A stretch of 64,000 nt of DNA from an uncultured Gammaproteobacteria bacterium (GTDB lineage: Bacteria; Patescibacteriota; Microgenomatia; CAZXEC01): assembly GCA_964639595.1 (NCBI GenBank), contig CAZXEC010000001.1, positions 326,903 through 390,902 on the forward strand, written 5' to 3'. The notes under the pieces are model-generated. The model did not search any database and was not told where the DNA came from. It worked only from the letters and a program-made list of their open reading frames with translations. The position numbers and the translations under genes are program-made. Below are positions 40,463-51,267 of the stretch, piece after piece. Within the stretch, counting starts at the first letter, position 1. The number at the start of each line of letters is the position of its first letter.

Positions 40463-41569
40463 TTAATGATCAGCCGAGTTATTGCTTGCCACTGTTTGTT
40501 GATAAGGGATAATAGCGCTGGATACTGGTTGACCGATAATTTCACTGTAACGTTGTTTGCCTTTGATGTAATACTGCCATAGAATGCTAAAAGGTGATAA
40601 TTCTTTCTCGGCAATACCGATGGGCACATTTCTGTGGAAACGCCGGTAGTTAATAGTGTTCTTTAGCCGCTTTGCAAAAGACAGATGAGCCAGTATAACC
40701 GACCAAACAAAATAGATATCTCCGGAGAGCGTATAGTAGACAGCGCTAACCAAGTCCAGTAAGAATCGTGCTGGTAGCACCCATATCAAACTGGTCAGGG
40801 TCATATTACGGGCAGCCAACAGTAGCGCGTTGCGGTGAACGTAGAAGATTCGTTTTTGTAGTTCTCTTTTTGATCTGCGGGATGAACCAGCCCCTTTGTG
40901 ATAGATAAGAGATCTAGGTACAAAGACAATGCGATAACCGGCATCTTTGAGTCTCCAACATAAATCGGTCTCTTCATGATAGAAAAAAAAATCTGTAGGC
41001 AACAGGCCATATTTAAGACCAATATCGCGCCGGAGCAAAAAAGCAGCACCAGAGGCCCAAAAAATATCAACCTCATCATCATATTGTCCTATGTCTTCCT
41101 CCAGGGAAAAACCAACCCGGCCTCTGGCATAAGGATATCCCAGTCGATCAATAAAACCACCGGCAGCTCCGGCGTAATCAAAGAAATTTTTGTTATAGAG
41201 AGAATGAATTTTACCCTGACAAACAGCAATTTTGGGATCAGACAGAGCAGCAGCAATTAAAGGTTCCAGCCAGTTGGGATCGACCTCGGTGTCATTATTG
41301 AGCAGGACGACAAATGGTGTTTTTATCTCGCGAATAATAATGTTATTTGCCCCGGCAAAACCTAAATTTTGCCCCAAAGCCCTCCAGGTAATTCTCGGAT
41401 CAGCAAATTCTGCCTGCAGGCTTGCCAGCTCATTTTCTTGCGAACCATTATCTATCACAATAACATTGAAGTGTTGGTAATTGGTTTTAAGAACTGAATT
41501 TAAGCAAATTCTGGTATCGGCAAGGCCATTAAAGTTGATAATAATAATGGAAACAGCAGCAGGCTTCAT
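40463..41569 (-). CDS. Glycosyltransferase family 2 (rhamnosyltransferase-like)
   Basis: VSIIIINFNGLADT..VIVIDNGSQ, and NNDT. Resembles 19626..20669. Confidence 0.75.
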   Translation of the reverse strand: MKPAAVSIIIINFNGLADTRICLNSVLKTNYQHFNVIVIDNGSQENELASLQAEFADPRITWRALGQNLGFAGANNIIIREIKTPFVVLLNNDTEVDPNWLEPLIAAALSDPKIAVCQGKIHSLYNKNFFDYAGAAGGFIDRLGYPYARGRVGFSLEEDIGQYDDEVDIFWASGAAFLLRRDIGLKYGLLPTDFFFYHEETDLCWRLKDAGYRIVFVPRSLIYHKGAGSSRRSKRELQKRIFYVHRNALLLAARNMTLTSLIWVLPARFLLDLVSAVYYTLSGDIYFVWSVILAHLSFAKRLKNTINYRRFHRNVPIGIAEKELSPFSILWQYYIKGKQRYSEIIGQPVSSAIIPYQQTVASNNSADH

Positions 41570-42233
41570 ATAGGATTTTTACATATAGCGATCAAATCTA
41601 TGGCTTGAGAGGTTTTGGTATTGATGGAATAATCATTCTCGCCAATATGATAAGTTTTGTTACCCTTATGAAGAATACTGCGTGTTAAATATGTTACAAT
41701 ATCACCAGCAAATTGCCTGATTGGCCGGGGTAGTAATTTCCTCAAGTTGAAGATGTCGCCTTTGAGTATTTTCAACACCATCTTTTTCCTGGCTTCTCCA
41801 TAAGTTGTAACTGTGGCATTCCCCCAAAGGCCATAAATAAACACCTCTTGAAAAAAGGCAGAAAGGAGCTGATACCATTCATCTGGTGTATATTCCTTGT
41901 AATGATAAGGATTTTCATTATAAGATTGGGTAATAGCGTTAGGTGTGGAGAAAATAGCCACACCATTTTTTGTAAGAGAGACCTCACTTTATCAAAAAAT
42001 ACTTGTGCATTGGGGAAATGCTCTATTGTTTGTAGGGCAATTATTACTTCAAATAGCGTATCAAAACTGCTTTGAATAAATTCCCACCATTCAAATTGTA
42101 AATTACCAGGTTGTCCTTTAAGACGCTTTGCTGCCTTGATAGCCAGTTGGGTAAAAGTGGGCATCAGAGCAGTATTATTGATGTCGGTTCTTTCCGCACT
42201 GATAGTGTAAAAAAATTGTTCAGGCCCAAGCAT
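41566..42233 (-). pseudogene. Frameshifted, 5'-truncated remnant of a class I SAM methyltransferase
   Basis: Two overlapping minus-strand ORFs sit in different frames (41772..42233 and 41566..41961). The upstream one carries FDTLFEVIIALQTIEHFPNAQVFFDKV, matching the post-motif-II region of an MTase. The downstream frame continues with TKNGVAIFSTPN (GG-like). No GxGxG motif I is present and there is no room for one upstream. Confidence 0.45.
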
Positions 42234-42315
42234 GTTAGGAGAATTATAGCATAGAGATGTTTTGCAGGTTTGAAAAATGTTAGCTGTGATGGTAGATTAG
42301 GTGATAGCTACTAGG

Positions 42316-44988
42316 ATGCACATCAATAATGCAGAGAAAATAGCCAGAGCTCTTGCTTTCTTATCTGCTCTGGGGAAGATAGGCAAATCTTGGATTGCTG
42401 GCCATCAATTGTTAAGCGTGGCAATACTGCTTGCCTTTTTGGTATTTTTGGCATACGGCCAGACCCTAGAGATGTATTTTTGGAAAGACGACAGCGCTTT
42501 AATGTTTAAGGCCCAGCACCCGCAAGAAGATGCCGGTTTTTGGGGAAAAGGGATTTTTGGCGAAGGCCCATATCGTCATATTGCCGAGCCCTTTGTCGTG
42601 TTATATTCGATATTCGGTCTTGAGCCGACCGGCTATTTCGTCATCGGCTTAATATTTTACCTCTTGGCAGCATTTTCAGTTTATTTTCTAGCATTGACGC
42701 TTTTTAGAAAAAAGTTACCCGCCCTGCTGGCTGCCTCGTTATTTGCTGCCGGCTACATTGCTTCAGATAGCATTTATGGATTAACCAATTCTTTGCAGAC
42801 CAGCCGCGGTATTGTGATGTTATCCTGGCTGGTTATTTTCTTTGCACGTTATCTTAGAGAAAATAAATTCCTGTTCTATATTGCCTCACTTCTTTTGTTT
42901 TTCTTCACTCTGGATACGGTTTTTATCCGTTCACACGGTGTCATATTTGTGATAGTAGCAGCCGATATTTTTTTTACCTACCAAGGATTGTCCAGAAAAT
43001 GGCTAAGCGGCATCTTGTGGCGCCAACTGCCATTTTTGCTTATTTTCTACAAAATATATCTTGAGACAAACCAGCATAGTTTGTCGGCAGGCCAGTCGCT
43101 ATTTAGCTTATTACAGGGTGATTTCACCATAGTTATGTCAGGGCTGGTTTCTTTTGGCAATTTATTGGTGCCAGAAGTATTTCTACAACAGTTAGGTAAA
43201 TTATTTAATGTCAATTCCACTCAACCATTGGCAGAAATGATTTCCGGCGTGGTGTTTGCTGGTATTTTGATAGCCTCTATTATTATCTTTAGATTAAAAA
43301 AACAGGACGAGAATGTTCGCCTGCTACTTTTTTGTATTGCCTGGATTGTCGGTAATGTAGTATTGTATTTTGCTTTTGATGCTAAGCAAGTTTTGGGATC
43401 AACCCACAGGTACTATGCTTATTCGGCTGTAGGATTTGCTCTGCTGGTGGGTTTATTATCTTATAGTTTGTCCAAGATGTTTTTGGGTAATTCTTTACTA
43501 AAAACATTGCTGCCGGTCGTTATTGTCGGCTGTTTTATATTAACCTATCTGGTAATTGAACGCGGGGTCCAGCGTTCAATTATTAACAAGCAGGCCCAAC
43601 CTGCCAAAGTTTTCTTTAAGACCCTGAAAACTGCAGTACCGCATTTACCAAAAGGGGCAATAGTATATTTTGATGTTGCCAACAGTGCCCAAGTGCAAAA
43701 TCAATTTGCCCAGTTTTTTGGTGCCGGTTCCATGCCGGAGAGTACGGTTATTGCCATCTATTATGGGCTTGATCGTTATGATTTGATACTGACTTATTCT
43801 TTTGATGATATCGCAAAAAAATTGCGGGATCAGACGATCACACTGGATAAGATTTATACATTTTACTATGATGGCATACGACTCCATGACACTACCAAAA
43901 GCGCCCGCCAACAACTGACTACTTTCCAAGAGGTTGACCTACCTTTAACATCAATCGGTGCTAATGTGCCGATCAGTTTAGAGCCCGACATGATGATTGC
44001 TACACAGCTTACCAGGGATGGCGATAAGACAATAGGGGAAAATCCGGAAATTATCATCACTTTTGATAAAAAAGCACCATCGGTAACACCACAAATACTG
44101 GAGGTGACCATGGCCCTGACTGTAAAATCACTATCAGATGCGCTTTTGCCATACCAAGATAGCAGTGCTAGTCAAGAGGTTAATGTAGGAGACACAGAAC
44201 AGGTTTTCGCATATTTGATAAATCAATCAGAGTACTTGCGTACGGTTTCTATACATACTACCAGTTCTTGGCAAGACCAAATTACCGCTAATTTGGCAGA
44301 TGGCAGAATTGAAACCAATTGGATGGTCAACAGGGTATCCTGGAATGAATGGGTACATGGCGATAAACAAAAAGAACAGTCAATAGTTCTTGATCTGGGT
44401 AGTCCAAAAAATATCAGTAAAATTATTTGGACTAATGGCCATACTGTCAGAACTCCTACCAGCTATTCCATTTTTACTTCACTAGACCAAGGCGACTGGC
44501 AGGCAGCCAAAACAATATCAGCTGGCCCAGTTCGCGCCACTAACGCTGTTTGGCAGGACGATTTCTTACCGCGTCGGGCACGTTTTGTCAAAATCAACAT
44601 TACCCAAAGCTCGGGGGGCGATTCTCCCCAGGTGGCTGAATTGGCGGTAGTTGAAGATCAATTTAAAAATGTTGACTCAACTGTTGCCAGTCAACTGGCC
44701 AAAACACCTTTTTCAGCAATTAGTAATCAGACTCAATGGGGCCAGGCATGGCGCTATATCAGCCAAAACGGACAACTGCGCTGGCGATGGAAAAAGGATA
44801 AGGATTCTGGCTGGGACACGGTAAATTATCAGTACTTTCCCATCTTTGTTGATAGACAATTTCACACGTATAACCTAGCGATTCCAGCTGGCGGTTTGTA
44901 TTTGGATCAGGTGATGATTGATAATTTCAATTTTCCAGCGACTGTTTTTATTCAATCTGTTAAAATAGCCAACCAACAGCGGTATTGA
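42316..44988 (+). CDS. Large GT-C-like membrane glycosyltransferase with C-terminal discoidin domain; paralog A3
   Basis: The N-terminus is ~65% identical to A1 (YFWKDDSALMFKAQHPQ...GEGPYRHI). The F5/8-C block reads DGRIETNW...LDLG...IW.NGHTVRTPTSY...AELAVV. Alternative GTG start at 42301. Confidence 0.6.
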   Translation: MHINNAEKIARALAFLSALGKIGKSWIAGHQLLSVAILLAFLVFLAYGQTLEMYFWKDDSALMFKAQHPQEDAGFWGKGIFGEGPYRHIAEPFVVLYSIFGLEPTGYFVIGLIFYLLAAFSVYFLALTLFRKKLPALLAASLFAAGYIASDSIYGLTNSLQTSRGIVMLSWLVIFFARYLRENKFLFYIASLLLFFFTLDTVFIRSHGVIFVIVAADIFFTYQGLSRKWLSGILWRQLPFLLIFYKIYLETNQHSLSAGQSLFSLLQGDFTIVMSGLVSFGNLLVPEVFLQQLGKLFNVNSTQPLAEMISGVVFAGILIASIIIFRLKKQDENVRLLLFCIAWIVGNVVLYFAFDAKQVLGSTHRYYAYSAVGFALLVGLLSYSLSKMFLGNSLLKTLLPVVIVGCFILTYLVIERGVQRSIINKQAQPAKVFFKTLKTAVPHLPKGAIVYFDVANSAQVQNQFAQFFGAGSMPESTVIAIYYGLDRYDLILTYSFDDIAKKLRDQTITLDKIYTFYYDGIRLHDTTKSARQQLTTFQEVDLPLTSIGANVPISLEPDMMIATQLTRDGDKTIGENPEIIITFDKKAPSVTPQILEVTMALTVKSLSDALLPYQDSSASQEVNVGDTEQVFAYLINQSEYLRTVSIHTTSSWQDQITANLADGRIETNWMVNRVSWNEWVHGDKQKEQSIVLDLGSPKNISKIIWTNGHTVRTPTSYSIFTSLDQGDWQAAKTISAGPVRATNAVWQDDFLPRRARFVKINITQSSGGDSPQVAELAVVEDQFKNVDSTVASQLAKTPFSAISNQTQWGQAWRYISQNGQLRWRWKKDKDSGWDTVNYQYFPIFVDRQFHTYNLAIPAGGLYLDQVMIDNFNFPATVFIQSVKIANQQRY

Positions 44989-45076
44989 ATTGAGACTTCG
45001 GCAAGGATTAAAAGCAAAAGTCTTGGCTGGCTTAGGCTATAATAGTTAAATCAGGAGTCTAACTGGTTAAACACTG

Positions 45077-48046
45077 ATGAATCTAAAACATACCATTGTC
45101 TTGGCCGTTTTTGCTTTACCAGCTTTAGTTTGGTGGTTTGCACCTGGCTATGTAGTTGATGGAACTGACATCACCTTTCCATTGAATCCCCAGATTGCTC
45201 TTCAGAGATCATTCTATGCTTGGGATAACATTGATAATGCCGGTAGTTACCAAACCGCGATTCAGCTCAACCTAGCCAGACAACCCATTCACTTATTCTT
45301 GAGCTTTCTACAGATAACTGGTTTATCTATTGGTGATATTTCCAAGATATGGTATTTCACATTACTCTTCTTATCCGGAGTTGCTTTCTATTTTTTTATT
45401 GATCAATTGAGGCAATGGATTACCGCCTACAAGATACATCCTCTGTTTTGCGCCCTGTTTTATATGTATAACCCATATTTTATGCAACTAATTTCTGATC
45501 AGGCCATAATGCTCACCTACGTCTCTGTGCCACTTCTTGCCGGATTTTGTCTGCATGCTCTACGAAGGAGAAAAATATTTCCCGATATGCTTTGGATTGG
45601 AATGACTTGGTTCTTTTATTCTCCTGTTAACCCTAACTCCTTTGCTTCAGGCCTGTTGCTTTGGATGATGATTCTAATTGTAGCCAGCTATCATCTTTGG
45701 CGAAGCGCAAACCAAGAAACAATCCGATTCGCAAAAATTTTCTACATCGTCCTGGCTGCCACCACCATTGTTGTTAATGCTCGTGTTATCTTACCTTATT
45801 ACCAGTATTTGTCTAGTGATTTGGCAATTATCCAACAGACTTCCAAAGATTGGCTATCCGGTGTGAGCAAAAATACGACTTTTCCCAAAAGCGCACAGTT
45901 GATCGGAGCGTGGGATTGGTTTGAAAATTTTAATGGTGAAGCTTATGCGCCTTATGCTGCTTGGTATCAGGAGTTTTTTGTCAAGCTACTGGGAGTCTTA
46001 CTCCCTCTCTTGGTGGTGTTGGCGATAGTAATTGCCAGAGATAAATTTACTTGGTTTTTCGCAGGAGTAGCAGTGGCCGGTGTTATTCTTTCTACTGGTA
46101 CCCATCCTCCTTTCGGGTTTGTCTATCAGTTTCTATATGATCATGTTCCTGGGTTTTGGATTTTTCGCTCCCCCTGGTACAAGTTTAGTTTTTGGGTAGT
46201 TTTCTCATATGCTTTTTTCTTTGGCAAATTTACCACCAGCATAATTCAAAAACTGGGATCAAAACAAGTTAGGTTGGTTGATGTTTTAGTTTGGAATAAA
46301 AGAGCTTTGACCTACGCATTAGTTTATGGCGGAATTATCTGGTATGTAATTCTTTACTCCTGGCCTTTGTTTAATGGTTGGAGATTTACCAGGCCAGAAG
46401 AAAGGAAGGGTAATCTGCCGGCTACACAAGTAAAAATACCTGCTTATGTTTTTCAGACAGCAGATTTCATTAATAAACAACAAGAGGAGGGATCCATTAT
46501 ATTTTTGCCGCAAGTTGAACTTAATTATTCCATATATTTTTGGGGATATGGTAATTTGCAACCGCCGCTATTTTACTTACTGAATAAAAACCAGATTATA
46601 TATCTACCATTTGATAACCAAGTGGCCATCACGCAAAACTTATTGCAATTTAAGAAATATTTCTATCATGACTTACAATATCAAGCCCAAAAATTTGCTA
46701 ATTTAACATCAGCAAAATTTATAATTTTGCAAAAGGATTTTAATTATCAGCCATTTAAAGTTAATGAGGACAAACAATTCTTTCAAACTCGGCTAGACTC
46801 CAGTCGAATTTTTGAAAAAATTGCCAGTTTTGATGAATGGATTATCTACAAGAATCCTCAAGCTCTACCACCACTTTATGGAAATAGGTTTATTGTAGTG
46901 CCAGACAAACTGCCCAGCTTAGCAAATATTACCGCCGATGGGTTAGTCTACGCTCACCAAAATCAGCTACCATCGGATACTGTTAACGCCATAAAAACCA
47001 ATAGTCAGAATGTAGATCTATCTCAATTTCAACTGGCGGGAGATCAACTTATTAAATCTTTCCAGTTTGATAATCCCCAAGTAGCTGTTGTTGAGTCTAT
47101 TAAAACAAGTGAAACAAAACTATTGGTGAACGATAGCCCGTATACAATATCTGCTGATAATAAAGTTGATGTTGCCAGGCTACCTGTAGGTAATAACACA
47201 GTCTCAATCCCTGTCCGGCTATCAGAGAATATGGTAAAAAATCCTAATTTTAATTCAGGCCTCGATAACTGGGAATTGGCCAACTTATCTGAAGATATTA
47301 GCGCTAATATGAAAAAACACTTCCAGGCGGCACCAGGGCAGTTTACCCTATATTCAAGCGGAAAGAACTTGGGGATTTTCCAATATGTCAAAAAGGACGA
47401 TAAGACGCAAGTATATTCGATTTCGTTTGAATTTAACAAACAAGATCGCTCTGCCTCTAGGGTAGTATTATATGATGATATTCAGGGTGAGTTGGTAGCT
47501 GATGTTTTGCCATCTGGCAATATCTGGCAATCTTACCAAAAGCTGATCAAACTAGACCCGACAACAAAGAAATTTTCCATCAACTTCTTTGCCGCTACTG
47601 GACAAGAGTCAACGATTTTAGTTAGGAATGTCCGAATAAGAAAGGTCATAACGCCAATTATCTCATTGCAATTCTATCCACAATCTCAATGGGATAGTAT
47701 ACAAAAACTAGCCAGCCAGCCAGCCCCCGAGATAACAATCAACAGCCAAGATAAGACTGCAGTTGATTTTAATGTTCAATCTGATGGACCTATCTATTTA
47801 GTTTTCAACCAAACGTACCATCCGCTATGGAGACTATCTGGTAATTACCCTGATTATGCTGACCATTTTGTAGCCAATGGCTTTAGTAATGGATATTATC
47901 TAGCTAAAGCTGGGAATTATCACCTCAAACTGGAATTTGTTGGGCAGGCTAATTTGATTTTGGGCTGGCAGATTACGATTGTAGGCAGTTTTGCTTTACT
48001 TGCTATTTATCTAGTGCAAGCCGTAAAATCAAAACACATTATATAG
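45077..48046 (+). CDS. Giant YfhO/AftD(DUF3367)-like GT-C membrane protein; paralog B1
   Basis: N-terminal TM helix then DGTDITFPLNP. About 12 TM helices and a large extracytoplasmic region. The C-terminal hallmark YHPLWRLSGNYPDYADHFVANGFSNGYYLAKAGNYHLKLEF..(TM) resembles the YfhO C-terminus. Confidence 0.6.
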   Translation: MNLKHTIVLAVFALPALVWWFAPGYVVDGTDITFPLNPQIALQRSFYAWDNIDNAGSYQTAIQLNLARQPIHLFLSFLQITGLSIGDISKIWYFTLLFLSGVAFYFFIDQLRQWITAYKIHPLFCALFYMYNPYFMQLISDQAIMLTYVSVPLLAGFCLHALRRRKIFPDMLWIGMTWFFYSPVNPNSFASGLLLWMMILIVASYHLWRSANQETIRFAKIFYIVLAATTIVVNARVILPYYQYLSSDLAIIQQTSKDWLSGVSKNTTFPKSAQLIGAWDWFENFNGEAYAPYAAWYQEFFVKLLGVLLPLLVVLAIVIARDKFTWFFAGVAVAGVILSTGTHPPFGFVYQFLYDHVPGFWIFRSPWYKFSFWVVFSYAFFFGKFTTSIIQKLGSKQVRLVDVLVWNKRALTYALVYGGIIWYVILYSWPLFNGWRFTRPEERKGNLPATQVKIPAYVFQTADFINKQQEEGSIIFLPQVELNYSIYFWGYGNLQPPLFYLLNKNQIIYLPFDNQVAITQNLLQFKKYFYHDLQYQAQKFANLTSAKFIILQKDFNYQPFKVNEDKQFFQTRLDSSRIFEKIASFDEWIIYKNPQALPPLYGNRFIVVPDKLPSLANITADGLVYAHQNQLPSDTVNAIKTNSQNVDLSQFQLAGDQLIKSFQFDNPQVAVVESIKTSETKLLVNDSPYTISADNKVDVARLPVGNNTVSIPVRLSENMVKNPNFNSGLDNWELANLSEDISANMKKHFQAAPGQFTLYSSGKNLGIFQYVKKDDKTQVYSISFEFNKQDRSASRVVLYDDIQGELVADVLPSGNIWQSYQKLIKLDPTTKKFSINFFAATGQESTILVRNVRIRKVITPIISLQFYPQSQWDSIQKLASQPAPEITINSQDKTAVDFNVQSDGPIYLVFNQTYHPLWRLSGNYPDYADHFVANGFSNGYYLAKAGNYHLKLEFVGQANLILGWQITIVGSFALLAIYLVQAVKSKHII

Positions 48047-48062
48047 TAAGTTCGTTTTCCAG

Positions 48063-48105
48063 CCAGGTGTCAGCCCTGGTTTTGTGTATTTTGGCAGTAG
48101 CTGCC
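48063..48105 (+). terminator. Weak hairpin plus T-run after B1, followed by a second short hairpin
   Basis: CCAGG-tgtcagc-CCTGG-TTTTGTGTATTTTGG, then GGCAG-tag-CTGCC. This is the only sizeable intergenic gap in the B array. Confidence 0.25.
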
Positions 48106-48138
48106 CCATGTTGGATGTATTAATTGACCATAGAAAAT

Positions 48139-51100
48139 ATGAGAAAAGTTTTTAATCAAATCAGAAGATTTTGGGAGCTGGTTATCGTTTTTCTTTTCGG
48201 ACTGACGCCCGTTTTATGGTACAAGGGTGAAAGCTTGATCAATGGCGTTGATACTAATTTCCCCCTTGATCCTCTATCGTGGTGGCAAAGACGGTTTTTT
48301 GTCTGGGATGATACATTATATGGCGGGTCTGACTGGTCTTCTAATTTGGCTGGCATCTTCTTTCATGGTCTGCAAGTATTCTTTTATGAGGTGATCAGAT
48401 TTTCCCTGCAAAATACTGAAAAAGCCACCACTGTTTTCTGGTTTACCCTAATTTGTTTATCTATTTATATTCTTTTCAGAACTTTTCAAAAATCCCATTC
48501 TGGTCTTGTCAGAATTGTTCCGGTCGCCTTGTATGCCTATAATGTTTATTTATTTAACACTTGGGAAAATATTAAAGTTACTAATTTATCATTGATGGCA
48601 GCCCTGCCTCTGGCTCTTGCCGTAGTCAACCTATTTTTCAAAAACAGACTGTCGTTAATTGTTTGCCTGGTGCTACTTGGCGGAATATCGCTCATAGGTT
48701 CTGGAATGGGGATTAATCCTGCCTATCTGGCAGTATATTTGTCAACGTTAGTTGCCTTTGGCGTTTATATGGCTTTGGCAAACCACTATCAGAAGAGATG
48801 GGTGGTTGCATATGCAGCCATGTTTGTAGCAGCCGTATTAATAATTAATGCCTATTGGATTTTACCGCTCACCTTTAATCTGTTTGGTTGGGGGGGGACA
48901 CCGTTGCTTTCAGAGATAGGCCAGATTAATGCTGTGGATTGGATAGATGGACTGTCAGCTCACACTTCAATTTTTAATTTATTCAGGTTGTTGGGGGCAT
49001 GGGATTGGTATGGAGAAAGCTCGCCTGGCGTGCCGTATATACCTTATGCTTATAATTATTTCTCCAACCCAGTTTTTATATTTTTTGGCATCCTTATACC
49101 AATTTTGGGATTTTCATCTCTGCTGTTTTCAAGGCTAAGACGGGAAATAGTGTTTTTCAATCTGCTAGTATTAATCGGACTGTTTTTGTCAGCTGGAACC
49201 CATCCCCCAACTGGCAGATTTTTTAAAGTCTTATTAGATGCAGTGCCCTTCTTCTCATTTTTTAGGAGTCCTTGGTATATCTTTACTCCCATAGTTCTTT
49301 TGGGCTTGGCCATGTCGATTGGTTTACTTTTTGATCAACTTCTATATACGGCTAAGGGCAAATTTTGGCAGTGGAGACTGATTAAGCTTCCCCAAAGAAT
49401 AGCTTTATCTTTATTGATGTTGGTTTTTGTAATCTTTAATGTTTTATATTGCTATCCTTTGGTTAGCGGTGAGGTTTTTCGAGCCGGGACTCCGGGAAGT
49501 GTGCTAGTTAACATTCCCAATTATGTACTGGACACTCGAGATTTTTTGAATAGTCTTCCCAAAGACAAACGGATCATTTCTCTGCCATATACAACAAGTG
49601 AACATTTCAATTGGGAATATAAGGGGATCGCTTCCATATTAAATTTGCTCGCTCCTGTTAACGTGCTGACTTATAATTTTGCCAGTGCCAAAAATGACGC
49701 CATAGGCATACTGACTGATGAACTTTATAGAGCTATCCACTTTGGTGAAGTAGAAAATATTAAAAAACTGGCAGGACCGTTAAATGTGGAGTATTTGTAC
49801 AACAAAAATGATACCACTGACTTTGACAGTTCACCTCTATCACATCAAGTAGCCCAACAGATAGCAGATGCACCATTGCCTGCCAGTTTTGGTTTGTGGG
49901 ATTTTTGGAAGATTAAAGATCAATTTGTCTGGCCAAGGATTTTTGTTCCATCAAAAACAATATTTTCAGCAGAAGACGATGTTGGGCTGGTGAAAGATCT
50001 CTTGAGCATGACTGATGGATATCAGCCAAAACTTATCGCAAAAAGTAAATTAGACAAGCTAGCCAATGGCTGGATTAAGGCTTACCGTCAAGATGAGAGA
50101 ATAAGCTATTTATCACCAGATTTTAAAAATCGGGGGGTTTTTGAATATAGTAATTTGGAATTTAATCAAAATTTGGCAGTTTTTGATGTTAAGGTACCCA
50201 GAGATGGTCAATATCAACTCTATGTGGAGAAAGACCAGTTGGGAAGCTATGGCCTAGGATCGGGAAAACCCTGGGATATAATAATAGATAAGTATACCCT
50301 CTTAGAGAAGATGTATAAACTTAAAGTAGAAAAGTCAGATGTTAGATTTTTAGCACTGGAAAAATTTTTTCTATCAGAAGGTGGGCATACGATATCGATT
50401 AATCTGCCCAATAATTTCAATTATTTTGAAAATTATAAATTCGAAAGAATTGTCTTATCAACTGGTGAACTGGTTGGCCAATCAAAGGAAGAGTTTGAAA
50501 AGATGCCTTTTGCTAAGGTCAATTTAACGGTACGCTTAGGTGTTAGCCTTCCTGATATTAATTCAAAATCAATGTATCAAATTAGTTTGTTTGACCCAAC
50601 CCAGACAGCCTTGTCACGGGTGGTGATTGTTTCACAACAAATTCCCGAAAGAAATGTCATGTACTATCAGGTATCTACCAAGGACTATATCAGTTGGCCT
50701 TATACCAGACTCGTGATCAGACCGCTTTATTATCCGTCTATCTTAAATGTTGCTATTGATGATAATGGTAACAATATGCAATTTTTATCAAATCCAGCCA
50801 AAGAAATACAAGTGCATAGGATATTCACGAATAGCGTGATTTTAAAACCTGTCGGTGATGAATTGACAACGTCGCATGACTTGCCCCAAAATCCGCAAGT
50901 TAAATATGAGAAGCTGTCTCCAACTAAATATTTGGTGTCTATTGATAACGTTGACAGAAATACACCATTGGTTCTACAAGATAAGTTTTCACCGTCCTGG
51001 AAAGTCTACAGGAATGACGACAATGGCTATAATCTTTGGGCAACATGGGGCAAAAAGCCGATTTTGGAGAATAACCACCAGATTGCTAATGGTTACGGCA

Positions 51101-51267
51101 ATGTGTGGTGGCTACAAACCCCGGGATCATATGATTTAATCATAGAATATTGGCCACAAAGGCTTTTCTATCTGGGTTTCTTCATCAGTACATTAGTTTT
51201 TATTTTAGGATGTCTGATTGTTATCAGAGCAATTTTAATTACTAAATATGGCAGACAACTGGACTAA
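48139..51267 (+). CDS. Giant YfhO/AftD-like GT-C membrane protein; paralog B2
   Basis: INGVDTNFPLDP N-motif. The C-terminal block reads FSPSWKVYRNDDNG...HQIANGYGNVWWLQTPGSYDLIIEYWP..(TM). The start is set at the ATG 15 nt inside the listed TTG. Confidence 0.6.
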   Translation: MRKVFNQIRRFWELVIVFLFGLTPVLWYKGESLINGVDTNFPLDPLSWWQRRFFVWDDTLYGGSDWSSNLAGIFFHGLQVFFYEVIRFSLQNTEKATTVFWFTLICLSIYILFRTFQKSHSGLVRIVPVALYAYNVYLFNTWENIKVTNLSLMAALPLALAVVNLFFKNRLSLIVCLVLLGGISLIGSGMGINPAYLAVYLSTLVAFGVYMALANHYQKRWVVAYAAMFVAAVLIINAYWILPLTFNLFGWGGTPLLSEIGQINAVDWIDGLSAHTSIFNLFRLLGAWDWYGESSPGVPYIPYAYNYFSNPVFIFFGILIPILGFSSLLFSRLRREIVFFNLLVLIGLFLSAGTHPPTGRFFKVLLDAVPFFSFFRSPWYIFTPIVLLGLAMSIGLLFDQLLYTAKGKFWQWRLIKLPQRIALSLLMLVFVIFNVLYCYPLVSGEVFRAGTPGSVLVNIPNYVLDTRDFLNSLPKDKRIISLPYTTSEHFNWEYKGIASILNLLAPVNVLTYNFASAKNDAIGILTDELYRAIHFGEVENIKKLAGPLNVEYLYNKNDTTDFDSSPLSHQVAQQIADAPLPASFGLWDFWKIKDQFVWPRIFVPSKTIFSAEDDVGLVKDLLSMTDGYQPKLIAKSKLDKLANGWIKAYRQDERISYLSPDFKNRGVFEYSNLEFNQNLAVFDVKVPRDGQYQLYVEKDQLGSYGLGSGKPWDIIIDKYTLLEKMYKLKVEKSDVRFLALEKFFLSEGGHTISINLPNNFNYFENYKFERIVLSTGELVGQSKEEFEKMPFAKVNLTVRLGVSLPDINSKSMYQISLFDPTQTALSRVVIVSQQIPERNVMYYQVSTKDYISWPYTRLVIRPLYYPSILNVAIDDNGNNMQFLSNPAKEIQVHRIFTNSVILKPVGDELTTSHDLPQNPQVKYEKLSPTKYLVSIDNVDRNTPLVLQDKFSPSWKVYRNDDNGYNLWATWGKKPILENNHQIANGYGNVWWLQTPGSYDLIIEYWPQRLFYLGFFISTLVFILGCLIVIRAILITKYGRQLD

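Noticed and set aside
44989-45076. An AGACTT...AAGTCT inverted repeat after A3, considered as a possible terminator.
   Set aside because: The stem is only 6 bp with a 20-nt loop and no T-run, too weak to call.
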